Assembly: GCA_003693705.1 (NCBI GenBank)
Contig: RBZT01000623.1
Coordinates: 124,001-188,000, forward strand
Source: Polymyxa betae A26-41
Lineage: Eukaryota; Protista; Endomyxa: Phytomyxea
Length of the DNA: 64,000 nucleotides
Reading direction: 5' to 3'
In this document: positions 1-10,944 of the stretch, piece by piece
Layout: the number at the start of each line of letters is the position of its first letter
Position numbering within the stretch: position 1 is the first letter of the stretch
Notes under the pieces: generated by a model
What the model was told of the DNA's origin: nothing
Databases searched by the model: none
The model's input: only the letters and a program-made list of their open reading frames with translations
Made by a program: the position numbers and the translations under genes

Positions 1-260
1 GCGCCGCTTCCGCCTCGACGCCGCCGCCCGCCAACGACCCATTGAAGATCGTCTAACATGAATCAGATCAGGACCGGGACCGGGACCACTACAACGCGTA
101 CCGGTGGCGACAGGTGACGACGCTGCTGCCGCTGCTGGCGCTGGCGGCGCAGGTCGGCGAGGCGGGCCCGCTTTCTCTCGATCTCCTCATTGCGAATCTG
201 GCGCAGAACCCGCCGCTGGTCTTCCGGATCGCCGCCAGCAGCAGAGCTTGGCGTGGTCAT
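1..260 (-). CDS. 5' end of a gene running off the window edge; probable cytoplasmic dynein intermediate chain (N-terminal coiled coil)
   Basis: ATG at 260 gives MTTPSS...EEIERKRARLADLRRQRQQRQQ, resembling the dynein IC N-terminal helix (ELERKKxRLAxIR). It is followed by a GTACGC...TTAG intron. No WD40 part is visible. Confidence 0.45.
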
Positions 261-397
261 GCCGCCCTCCGGGGGCCAGTACAAACCTTCTCCTCACGGT
301 CCCCTACAGCACTATTAATTGTTTCGGTTTTTTTCGCACAATTAATAATTTATTGACATGGTCATGCTGCTGCTGATTTCGATTGCTTGGCGGTGTG

Positions 398-490
398 ATG
401 GGATGAGATGGGGTCCTGGGGTGAGATGGGGTCTTTGGTCGATGGGAGTTAATGGGGTCATGGGGTAATTGATTATGGGGTCATGGGTTC
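398..490 (+). repeat. Cluster of ATGGGGT(C) motifs in a divergent promoter
   Basis: ATGGGGTC at 408, 426, 452 and 475; ATGGGGT at 460; variants ATGGG at 398, 442 and 483. Confidence 0.8.
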
Positions 491-541
491 AACCCTCTAT
501 AAGAAATGCGCTTTATTGAGTTTATTCAGTTCCCTAATTCG

Positions 542-1838
542 ATGTCGACGGACCATGACGATTGGGCGGAGCCGGTCGAATACGTTGGCAGGCGCGGATC
601 TGGCGGTCTCGGCTCAGCCCTTGCCCAGACCTCGGCTCTAGCTCTGGATGTGGCTCCGATCCAATTCCAGCCGCGCCGGGCTCCGGTGCCGCCTCGAACG
701 ACGTCGCTGTCGTTGCTGGACGACCATATTGAACGGCTGCATCGCATGACGCAACCGAACGTGGCAACTCCTGCGATAACGACGACGCCCGTACCTGACG
801 AGCCCGATTTCTCCGAGTTCGAACAGATCCAGAGCTCCGCTCCGGCATCATTGACACCGCGTCGCGTCCGAATGGCCAAGCTCGAGAAAGACGTGAAGAT
901 AATTAAACGACCAAAACTTGGCAATGATTCAATAGTGAAGCCCCGGACGCCTAAGGTGCCGTTATCGCAGATGATCGCTGCTGATATTCATGCGGTTGGC
1001 GGCAGCCCGCTTCCGAAGTCGCAAATCAAATCGGCGCCGCTGTCTGTCGCCATTGATCCGATCAAACCGATAGTGCATTCACCAACGTTGATCGCCTCCC
1101 AACATGACGGATTCGATCGTATCGAGCCATCGCAATCCGCTTTCGATTCGCCAACGGTAAAGGCAAGCTGCGGTCTGGGGAAGCGCCCTTCGTGGCTAAA
1201 CGATTTCGATGATGAATTGAGTTTACCATCACCGCGACCGACAGCGAGACGTCGCTCTGAGGCCGACTCTCTCTGCGATTCAGGACATCGTCCGAAACGT
1301 TCAGCAGTTGGCGAGCTTCGGTAATGACCTTTTGCTTAATGTTGCCATTCTTTGTTTGATGTTGTTATATTGCAAATTCATTGTTTAATTGGCAACATTC
1401 TCTATTCATCGATTCAAGATTTCGCTTGTTACTGATTTCTGATACAGTTCGAGATTGAAACTGATCGAATGTCGTCTTGTATCATCACGAACTATCTTTC
1501 ATAACAACGTCGCAAGTTCCTATTCGGGTTTAGATATGACTACAATCTATCTCATTCTCAGTGACATCTTCTATACCCGATTCGATCTTCATCTCTGTTA
1601 TTGCCGTTCACGGACGCAAGATGGCGCTTCCGATGAGTTGCAGGTTCTCATCTCGGACGACGAATGGCATGCGAGCGCCCTTCATACTGGCTCCCTGATA
1701 CGAATCTCGTCTCGAAACTTAAAAATGATTTGGCATCCACCCAACGATCTGCCCGTGATTGCTGCGACTTCCATTTCGGTCGAGACGCAGATTTCAGACG
1801 AGCTGCGGCAATGGATCGAAAGTCATTTGACAGGGTAG
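542..1838 (+). CDS. Hypothetical protein: disordered Pro/Ser-rich N-terminus, small folded C-terminal domain (spliced)
   Basis: ORF 506-1324 ends at a G|GTAATG donor. An AT-rich intron follows, then ORF 1455-1838. Confidence 0.6.
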
Positions 1839-1898
1839 CGTCATGTTTTTTCGTACTGGCCCAGCACGAACAGCTCGGTGTATAATAACATGATTAAT

Positions 1899-3416
1899 TT
1901 ATCTCGATGACTTGGCATAGTCTTTCTCGAGTATCTGCAGCTCTTTCGTCGTCAATCGGACGGAGAGCGATTTCTCAATGACTTCATCCGGGGCCAGTGT
2001 CCCGTAGAAATCCTTCATCGATGTCATGATTCCTTCAAAATCCATTTGCAAAAGCTTGTCTGAACACAGAGGCTTAAGTAAGTGAGCACATTAAGCAAAA
2101 TCGCAAACCACCTTGCAATTTTATGAAGAAATACAGCGCTACTCGAAATATAATTTTCGGTGACTTCTCATACAGAAAGATATCCCAAATTCGTAGCAAG
2201 ACACGGAATGGGAGATTATAGCAGAAATTTGTTATAAACCACTGCATGGTCAACGTCATAACATCGACGTTTTCCTGTTGCAAATGGGCCCAGAGCTTAG
2301 GAAGGCGACGTTCGATCAGCTTCTTGAGCTGAAATACGCGTAGAAATGTTAAAGGCATCCCTGAAATGAACAGGGTTCGCATCGCATAGCCTTCCCCGGT
2401 GAGGATTTGGACTAACATCCAGAAGGCGTCCTCCTCTCCCATATGCATTAACAGCATGCCGGCGATAAATCCCTTCAATGCAATCCCAGTTGAGATTTTT
2501 ACAAATTCAAAAGACGAATAAAAAAAGGGGTTTGATAGGCATCGAATCATAACAGGATAAGACATAATGATAATCAAATTCATAAAAAAACATGGTTTAA
2601 ACAATTGCCAAAGAAACTTAGAATAACTGAGTGCGGCACAAGAATTGATAGTAGAGAGTAAATAGAAAAGCATCAACGAACCATTCCCTGACAATAGCCG
2701 AGCTCGTTATCATAAATTGAATAAACCTAAGCAGAATCTGCGTTTAAAGCTGAACTGTTGACACAAATGGCATGGGGGAAACCTTGAGAACATTGAAGAG
2801 AGAATGCTGGCCGATGCCAGATTGATCTCGGAACAGAATGTGTTTCGGGAACGTCCGATGGATATCACGCTCGATCTGTGCCTCCCAGGGAGACGTTCCT
2901 ATGGCCAACGCCTGATGATAATAGCCTGTTTAAATTTCAGCAAAGATAGAGAGGCAGCAATCGCGAATGAAGACCTTTTGGAGCCGCTGTTTGCGCTTCT
3001 TCGGACCCAGTCAGCTTACGCCAGACGAACCCACGAACTGGGTCGGGAAGTCCTTTACGAACACGCCTCCTGACTGTCCGGGGATTCTTGTGAAATTCTT
3101 TCATATCGTTCGCAAGCATATGGGTCCATTTCACCAGACGTGAATTGTCCAGGCGGATTTTGTCAGGAGAGAACGAGCTACCATCGCTAGAAGCTACCCC
3201 ATCCTCGCTATCAAGAGTTCAGAATAGTGTCCCACGACACCACAACGACAAACCCTACATGAAAAAGCCATATTCGTCTCGAGACAGCCGAGACCAAGGA
3301 TCGTTCGACGATGCGGATTGATCGTGGACAGTGGACGCCGGCCCTAGATGGTGTCCATCGATGACATTGTCAATAACACTCTGCAGGACATGTCTACAGT
3401 ATATATCAGTCTCCAT
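1899..3416 (-). CDS. TBC-domain Rab GTPase-activating protein (multi-exon)
   Basis: Spliced motifs RDEYGF, RKGLPDPVRGFVW, DIHRTFP (Arg finger), GYCQGMGF (Gln finger), EEDAFW and LRIWDIF. Confidence 0.92.
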
Positions 3417-3542
3417 ATGATATGCTACACTTGTATGGAGGCCATTGCTGTGACGAGGCCGTATACACTGCGCCCATCATGTCTCATTCCAGATATTTTC
3501 ACACTGTTTGTTAGTGTTTATATATGCTGTGTAATGTATTAG

Positions 3543-4973
3543 TTAAAAGAAGATTTCGTCGAAAGTGTCGCGGTTACGAAGAGCCACGGGCAATAACGAG
3601 TCGGCCGGTATGACTCCATCGTTAGTTATAATGGACGTTAACAGCCGCGACGGGACCGTTTCGTAATTGACGTGGCGTACAGAGAGATATTGGGACGTTA
3701 TCTTCGAGGGATAAGCGTCCGTGACGTCTTGCCATGGAAGCTCTTCGAATTCGAACGGTGTAATACCATGATGGATTTTCGACATGCCAGCCAATACATG
3801 CATATCTACGGATCGCTCCTTGCATGCTAAAGCCAATCCATATGTACCAACTTTGGCCATGATATCGACTCCTGAATGGCTTGCACGGATAGTATGGGCG
3901 TCCACTAAAGCAATATCAGCATTACAAGCGAACAACGCCATCTGGGAATCAGTTATAAGCGTGCAAGGGATTCCACGCTCGCAGAGAAATGAAGCAAGTT
4001 GCTGCCCTTCGAATCTTGGGCGCGATTCACAGATAATCACGTTAGCAAGAGGATTGCCGTTCTTGTGAAATGCATATAAAGCATCGCGAATCGCGGGTGA
4101 ATCCGAATGTGTCAACACACGAAGCCCAACCCCAGAACCGTTCGAACGTTTTAAAGTCGCATCCAGCAAATGAGCTGCATGAGTTGTCAAATTTCTGGAT
4201 TCTTCGTTTAAAAGCTTCAGAAATTGATCCACTGAATCATGGACTGCTTGCGGTAGAATCAGACTTCTTGGCGACCTCTCAGGGGCTGTGATTCCTTTGA
4301 TTATCGATATGACAGCATTGCTAACTGTAGCCAGTAACGGGCGTGCAATGGCCAATGCCCATGCGAAATCAAGCAGAGATTTCATGTGAATTCTATTGGA
4401 GGGTGACGAAGAAGCGTATTCGTTGATGCATTCAGCGGCTAAGCACGCCAATACAATCGGATGCAATTCCCTGTCGACAGTTAGCTGACGAAGACCATTT
4501 TTGGCATTTTTGGGGAATTTGTTTAACGCTTGTGTTCGTTGCCAGGTCTGCGTCAGATTTGGAACAGTGTTCTCTATACAATCCAGTTGACCTGGATCTA
4601 TCCATTGATAGGCTTGATTCTCGCGATTAAGCATAACAATAGCGTGAGCATCGGCAACTTCAAACAGAACAGGGTGAACTAAATATTTCCCTTCAATGCG
4701 AATCGGTCGCGCATGGCAGATCAATCGCAATTCGGAAATGCCGGTTTCTTCTAATACCTCAGCCCGGGCCCGTTCCAGACAGCGCCCCGAATCTCGGACC
4801 TCCAGAGAGCCGCTGACAAAATGCCATCGTCCTGGATATTCTTTCATCAGCTGGGAGCGCTGTAGCATCAGCACATATCCATCAGATTGTCGCCGCAAGA
4901 TGACGGTCACGACACGCCGGCGCCCGCTACATGTATAGCAGTACTTTTGGCGAGACCGAAGCACGTCTGACAT
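3543..4973 (-). CDS. Nudix hydrolase fused to an IF-2B/ribose-1,5-bisphosphate isomerase-like domain (intronless)
   Basis: Nudix box SGSLE...RAEVLEETGI. C-terminal LTHSDS, CESRPRFEG, LITDSQM, KVGTYGLAL and YETVPSRLLTSIITNDG are typical of the IF-2B family. Confidence 0.85.
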   Translation of the reverse strand: MSDVLRSRQKYCYTCSGRRRVVTVILRRQSDGYVLMLQRSQLMKEYPGRWHFVSGSLEVRDSGRCLERARAEVLEETGISELRLICHARPIRIEGKYLVHPVLFEVADAHAIVMLNRENQAYQWIDPGQLDCIENTVPNLTQTWQRTQALNKFPKNAKNGLRQLTVDRELHPIVLACLAAECINEYASSSPSNRIHMKSLLDFAWALAIARPLLATVSNAVISIIKGITAPERSPRSLILPQAVHDSVDQFLKLLNEESRNLTTHAAHLLDATLKRSNGSGVGLRVLTHSDSPAIRDALYAFHKNGNPLANVIICESRPRFEGQQLASFLCERGIPCTLITDSQMALFACNADIALVDAHTIRASHSGVDIMAKVGTYGLALACKERSVDMHVLAGMSKIHHGITPFEFEELPWQDVTDAYPSKITSQYLSVRHVNYETVPSRLLTSIITNDGVIPADSLLPVALRNRDTFDEIFF

Positions 4974-5561
4974 ATAGGAGCACCAATTCAAGCCCGAGGA
5001 CTAATGGCTGGCGGTGATAGGCTTTTGAACGCAGATGATTTGCTGGGAACTCGAATGTCTCCGATTGCGCAGATGATCGTTAATATCGATTCAAAATTGG
5101 GTTGTAGTCACCGGGTGACGGCACAGAGTGTAGGCAGGCTCTGGCATGGTTTTTGTGAAGCACACCGAGCCGGACAAGTTTCATCCAATCAGTATTGTCG
5201 AAAATAAACTGAGCTGCCTTGTCATCGTTCTGTTGGCCGGATAGAAAGATGGGCAAACATCGTGCCCATAGACTGGCCTGTGAATATGAGACCTACTCGC
5301 TGGGAGATAGAGATTTGCAGTTATGAAAGCGCCAGGGTCGACTTGGGCTTGCTGTCTTCCATCGGTGTTGGTTGTCTTCGTCGTCGAATGAGTAGCTGAG
5401 TGATGAAAGAATTCTTCAACAAGATTGAGAGGTCTAGAGGGTAACGTTTCTAGACGTGACTGGATCCCAGTCGCGCTTATCATTGTAGCAGAGGTCACCG
5501 CCACCGTCTCATTGCACTCAACTGTCCTCTGTCATTGTCTTATTGATTTGTCTCTATCACC

Positions 5562-6212
5562 ATGGCTGATAATCTGCCGAGGCAAAGGAAGGCGAACCCG
5601 GCTTCAGATCCAGACCAGCGACCGCCCAGTCCAAACAAGCGTAAAGTCGTTCGGCGCCGGACGACTTGCTGGAGAGGCCTGGTTGTATCAGGAACGATCA
5701 CCATGACCATTATTGCTTTGACAAGTCTGCTTTATTTGCACTGGATGCAGGGTCGAAGGTATCCTTGGCCAGTTCCACATGAATTCACAAAGGAGGAATT
5801 ATCAAGTATGAAAAGCGATTGTCAATGATAGTGTGTTTGCTTATGTGATGCAGAATATACTGGCGCCAATGGAGGATTAATTCTGTTATCGATTTTAGGA
5901 CATGTCTATGACGTCACAGCTGCGCCAGAATATTATGGTCCTGAAGGCGGTTATAGGTGGGATGGAGTACATTGGTTGGATATCAGCTCACAGCTTTGCA
6001 GGTTTTTTAGTGGGAAAGATGCATCTAGATCTTTCGTCGATGGATGTTTCAATGATAGTTGCTTTGATCCTGACAAAACATTATCTGATCTGTCGAAAGA
6101 GCAACTCGATGGTATCCAAGAATGGAAAATTTTTTACGACAAGGAGGACAAATACAAATTTGTCGGCACACTTAAAGGCTGGAACTTGGGTGGACCTGCT
6201 GATCGCCAGTGA
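5562..6212 (+). CDS. Membrane-anchored cytochrome b5-like heme/steroid-binding protein (MAPR family)
   Basis: TM helix followed by FTKEELS, ILGHVYDVT..EYYGPEGGY, FFSGKDASRSF and YKFVGTL across three exons. Confidence 0.85.
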
Positions 6213-6489
6213 AGTTCACAACAGGGACATTCTGCTCTTTCACGTAAAGAGATTAATATAAGCCAGGTTAACAGTGACATCATCATCATCTGTCTGCCTT
6301 AGAAGAATCGTTTCCCACAACTGTTCTCAGTATCCTGAATTACACTTCTTGCACGACAGATCCCCGGCGTTGTTTGCTGGGTTCATCAGTTGGCTCAACA
6401 TAATTCTACAAATATTTCTCGCATATCCAGGTTTATGACGACAAAATCATAGGTAAGTTCGTTTCTGGTACGAATCGAACACTCGATAT

Positions 6490-8502
6490 ATGATCAAAAT
6501 GGGTACAGACAATTCTTCTGAAGATTGTCGCGATAGTTCCAAACTTGAATTCGATGTGGTCCCGATTGCTGAGCGAATCGATGGTCTCAAACAACGCGTC
6601 GCTGCATATCGCACCGCTCTCGATATCGCAAATCGTGATTTCCTTGCATAGTTTGGAGGCAGTTCAAAACCGATGCTGCACGACATGTTACGAAACAAAA
6701 AAAGCTGCCGACAATTCAGCACAAGCCGAAGCGGCTCGACCGAAATGAGGGCTGGTTCGCTGAACAACTACGATCTGTTACGCGAGCTCGCTCCGAATTT
6801 CAGGCCAACCACGACGAGAGCCACGACGATGACGCTAATACTGCAATGGAATTTCGTCATCGGTCCGCGGTGACATCCAACGTTGACGAGCTGAATGATC
6901 CTCTGACGCTGAGGGAGGCTTGGAGCCCAATCGATTTGCGACGCTTATCATGCCTATTGGTCTCGAGTTCTCCTGTTGCTGATCTATCGCGCTTACTGAA
7001 CGATTGGGGTCGCTTGAAGGAGCTTCAACAATGTGGAACGGGAATTGATGCTTTGGAAACTGTTCAGCAACGGCGTCTGAATTTGGAATGTGATGAAGCC
7101 GCCATCGACGAAAGCGTTGTTTTCGATATGATCATCGTTTCAATATCGCTGCCAGACGGTGACTTAACAGCCAGTGCTCTAGTACAGCAACTTCGTTCGC
7201 AGCGATACCATGGCTTTATCATCGTTTTCATTCCTGCAGATTACACAGAAATCAATCCGACCGCGAAGCCATTTCAGGACGCTGGCGCCCTCTTGGTGTT
7301 TCAGACTCAAGTATCGTAAGTGAGAAGCTGGTCTTAATGATTTCTGTCCGCTTTCTGCTTTGCAGTATTTTTCAGGATCTTAGCCATTTGAAAACTGACC
7401 GGGCTCTAAATCCTTTTTTGTAGTGTCGATTTCCTGGAAGATGTTATAGAGATCCGCCCGCATATCGAAGATCATCGATGGCGGATAAACGGCGACACAA
7501 CTCTGAATTTGGTTCCCAAGCGGTGGATGGCCCAAATCGTGCGTGCTGATATTTGCCCGGCATCACGAATCGATGCCTACATTCCAGTCTTTTTAGAATC
7601 AGATTCCATCTGTGAATTATTCGTGCACCTTTTTGGGTTGGTATTTGCTCGATACTTTCAGGTTCGATCGCTATCGATTCAATCAGCTCTGGTCCGTCGA
7701 ATCGCGGCATTGTACACGCGGTTCGGAATGGATCTCGCCAATAGCGAATCTTCGGTTGGCAATGGCCGTCGTCGCGATCGCATTCTGTTTCAGCTGCCAT
7801 TCGTTCTGAGCGAAGTAGTATTTGCCGCTCTTGATTGGATTTTTTTCAACAAATGCCCGAGAAGTTTCGACGAGAACTTTCGCCTTCGCCTGGCTAATGA
7901 TTTCAGTATGCCCGTACCAATTTCTCACCCTGCTTTGTTCATTTTTATTAGGCTTCTTGTTGTCTGGTACTATTCACAGCGACTTGTCACTGGAAATGAT
8001 CCAGAAACAGCTGTTTCCGATTCCTCTGAGAGAGAAGGTTTTAGTTTAGATTTGGTGTATGTCCAACTAACGCCTTCCGTAGCTCCAAGGAGTGTATATC
8101 AAGGACGTTTTCCATCACAATTCGCATGTCATCGAGAACGAGCACAACCTGGCAGTGTATGCGGAAAAATTACGAGCAGAACGTAGACGAATCCAGAATG
8201 GATCCGATCATGATCTGGTATCGTTGTCGCCACGGCCGCTGCATGTCGACTGGGACGACGACGAAGCGTCGTTGAAAGCCGCGAATCATAGCAGCGCTAT
8301 ATCTGTTTACCCGCGACAGTTCCGTTACAACAATGGACGATTGTCGCCTGCCATTCAGGTCCGGCTGCAGAGACTAAACCCAACCCTGTCGCGCATTACG
8401 ATTCAGCATCGGTCGTGGACGACATCGCAGTGTCTTTCTGGCGGAGAGCGAACTATACGGCGCTTGTTCTCAGTTCGGTTCACTGACGAAACGAAAAAAT
8501 GA
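6490..8502 (+). CDS. Hypothetical protein with a degenerate receiver-like domain and a FAM227 (FWWh)-like domain
   Basis: ORF 6846-7319 has a receiver pattern (CLLV..., G.DALE, FDMIIVSISLP, LVQQLR, FIIVF, AGA). ORF 7509-8186 has LFVHLFGLVFARYFQ...LVRRIAALY...LPFVLSEVVF, like FAM227. Ends are approximate. Confidence 0.55.
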
Positions 8503-8692
8503 TAGATGGCTCATTTGATAGCACATTTTCTAAGTTGACCAGATTATTAATGTATGTTTATACCAGAGCATATCGGCTAATCGGCGAAGCTCGCCCATAA
8601 ATGTGTTCTTGTTCAGAATCTAATGTTACAATTGGTGCGCCACGGCCTTTATCGCTGGTCCGTCCATTATTTGTCTCTATCACGTCAGAGCA

Positions 8693-10865
8693 ATGTCGGT
8701 ATCTGCAGCATCGCCATCCGGCTTCTTCGCCCTACGTCCGACCTCCTTGCTCAGGGCCAGGGTCAGAGCAGCTGGGCCGACTCCGCCAGCTCAGACGATC
8801 CCATCAACTCCAAGTACTTGCAGTCGGACCCTGCCGTACTGTCTCTCTGACCATAGTCTAGGCCGAGGCTATTTCCAGAGCTTATCTTCGCGTAAGACGT
8901 ACACGATCGATGAGGTCTTGGCACTTCGTACAAAGTATGCTTTGTGCCCTAAGGATCTCCCTGATGTATCCTGCGTCGAATCTGGCGCTGATGACACCCT
9001 CACCTGGGGACTTCGTTCCTCTTCGTCGGCGTCATCGTCTGTGACCGCCAATTCGGCCCAGACCGAAGCGAAGCGCACGAAATTGAAAGTGAAGATTTCT
9101 CGGTCCATGGAGGGCCCGATATCGGCGGCACCGTCCGCATCTGCTAACACCTTTGATCCCGATTCGGAATCGATTGTGACGCCTTTGTCGGTGTCACAGA
9201 ACCGATGGCGTCCACAAGCCAGTACCGGATTCCCAAGCACGTTGAAGAAGCTGAAGGTCGGTAGCGATTGTGATACACAGAACCCTAACTAAACCCTAAC
9301 AGGGTATTCTGAACAAGCTGACGGTCGATAAGTTTGATCAGCTGTCTCAGCAGTTTGTGCAGCTGGTTCTGACTGGATGCCCAACTCTGGTCGAGCTGCG
9401 TGAAGCCGTCCAGCTCGTTTTTGATAAAGCTCTCGAGGAGATGACATTCAGCGATATGTACACGAAGCTGGTCACTCTTCTATCCGAGAAACTGCCAGCC
9501 ATCGCTGCAGAGCATGGTGACCACCCCAGCAAGAAAGCCACGTTCAAATCGATCATGTTATCAATGTGTCAGAGCGAGTTTGAGAAGGCGTATCTCGCCG
9601 TCCTGCCCAATCAGGGAGAAGCTACAACGTTAGATGGTGCCGCTCAGGCCGAACTGTTACGTCTGAAACAACGTCAACGCCTGCTTGGGAACATGAAGTT
9701 CGTCGGTGAGCTGTTCAATAAGGATATGTTAACATTGGCTGTGATCGTGTATTGCGCTCGTCAGTTAACATCCGGTCTTCGCTCTGATCATCTCGAGGCC
9801 GTCTGTGCCTTGCTCGAGGTCACGGGCGCCAAGCTCGACTCGATCGCCGCCCGATCTCAACAAGGCCAGGCTCAGGTCCGCGAAATCTTCCAGCGTCTCA
9901 CGACCCTCTCCAACATGAGCCCGTCCAGTTCCGAGGTAGGAATCCCCGCTAGGGTTTTAGGGTTTTCTCTTATCAGATCGCAGTTGGATTCGCGAACCCG
10001 GTTCTTGATTCGTGAAATTCTGGAGCTGCGATCCGGTGGCTGGGTCCCACGTCGTAAGAAGCAGGAGGCCATGAAGATCGACGAATTCCGAGCTCGTGAA
10101 GAACCCTTCCGTCAACAGATGCGCACGGCGACTCTGCTTCCAGACGAGGCGCCGCCTGCACCGGAATCCTTCCGTCCTTCGGTCCCGATCTCGGCCCGGT
10201 CATCACGTACGACGCCCCGCTACCTGGACCGGTACGCCAGACCGCAGACGACCCAGGTCGTGTCGCCGGTTGTTAGCGACTCCGAGCTCGCCAAGAAATA
10301 TGACGTCCTCGTGCAGCAGGAGGTCGCCACGCTTGCGCCTGCTCCCGCTGCCGAATCCGCTACGAAACAGCCGGCTGCGATCGATATTGAGAAGATCAAG
10401 AAGGGTGTCAGTTCGATGGTGCGCGAGTTCATGCGCATCTCCGATGAGAACGAAGTGCTGCTCTGCATGGACGAGCTGGACCAGGCTGATAACTCGTTAC
10501 GTAATGTGATGATCGTCTCCAGCTGTCTGATCGAAGCGATGGAATCGAATGAGGCGAAAGAGAGGGCAAATGCCGCCCAGCTTGTCGTGCTCCTTTCGCA
10601 GAAATCTCTGATCTCGCAAAAGGATGTTGAGGCAGGGTATGTATCTGGGTTCTAGGGTTAGGGTTTCACATTGCTTACCGTTCTGTTCAGGGTTGAGGAG
10701 ATGCTCGAAGATCTGCCGAACATTGTCGTAGATCTTCCTGTGGCTCCGAAACGATTCGGTGAATTCCTGGCCATATTGGTGACCGATAACGTCCTGCCAG
10801 CTAGTTATATCAGCCCGTCTTCCGATGAAATAAGAGAGCAGGTATTTGCTTTGGCTCGAGGCTGA
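8693..10865 (+). CDS. eIF4G: Translation initiation factor 4G (eIF4E-binding motif, MIF4G and MA3 domains)
   Basis: YTIDEVLAL (YxxxxLphi), KGILNKLT, FDKALEE.TFSDMY, LGNMKFVGELF, RTRFLIREILELR.GGW and MA3 DLPVAPKRF. Introns at 9257-9302, 9936-9983 and 10637-10690. Confidence 0.92.
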
Positions 10866-10944
10866 TCCCATGATCTTGTGATCAACAAACCGTCGTGCCA
10901 ATTGTCCCGAATAAAATTCGTATTGAAGATCCTTTAATGTTGTC

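Noticed and set aside
4992-5540. Short ORFs upstream of the Nudix fusion as regulatory uORFs
   Set aside because: The transcription start is unknown, and short ORFs are expected by chance.
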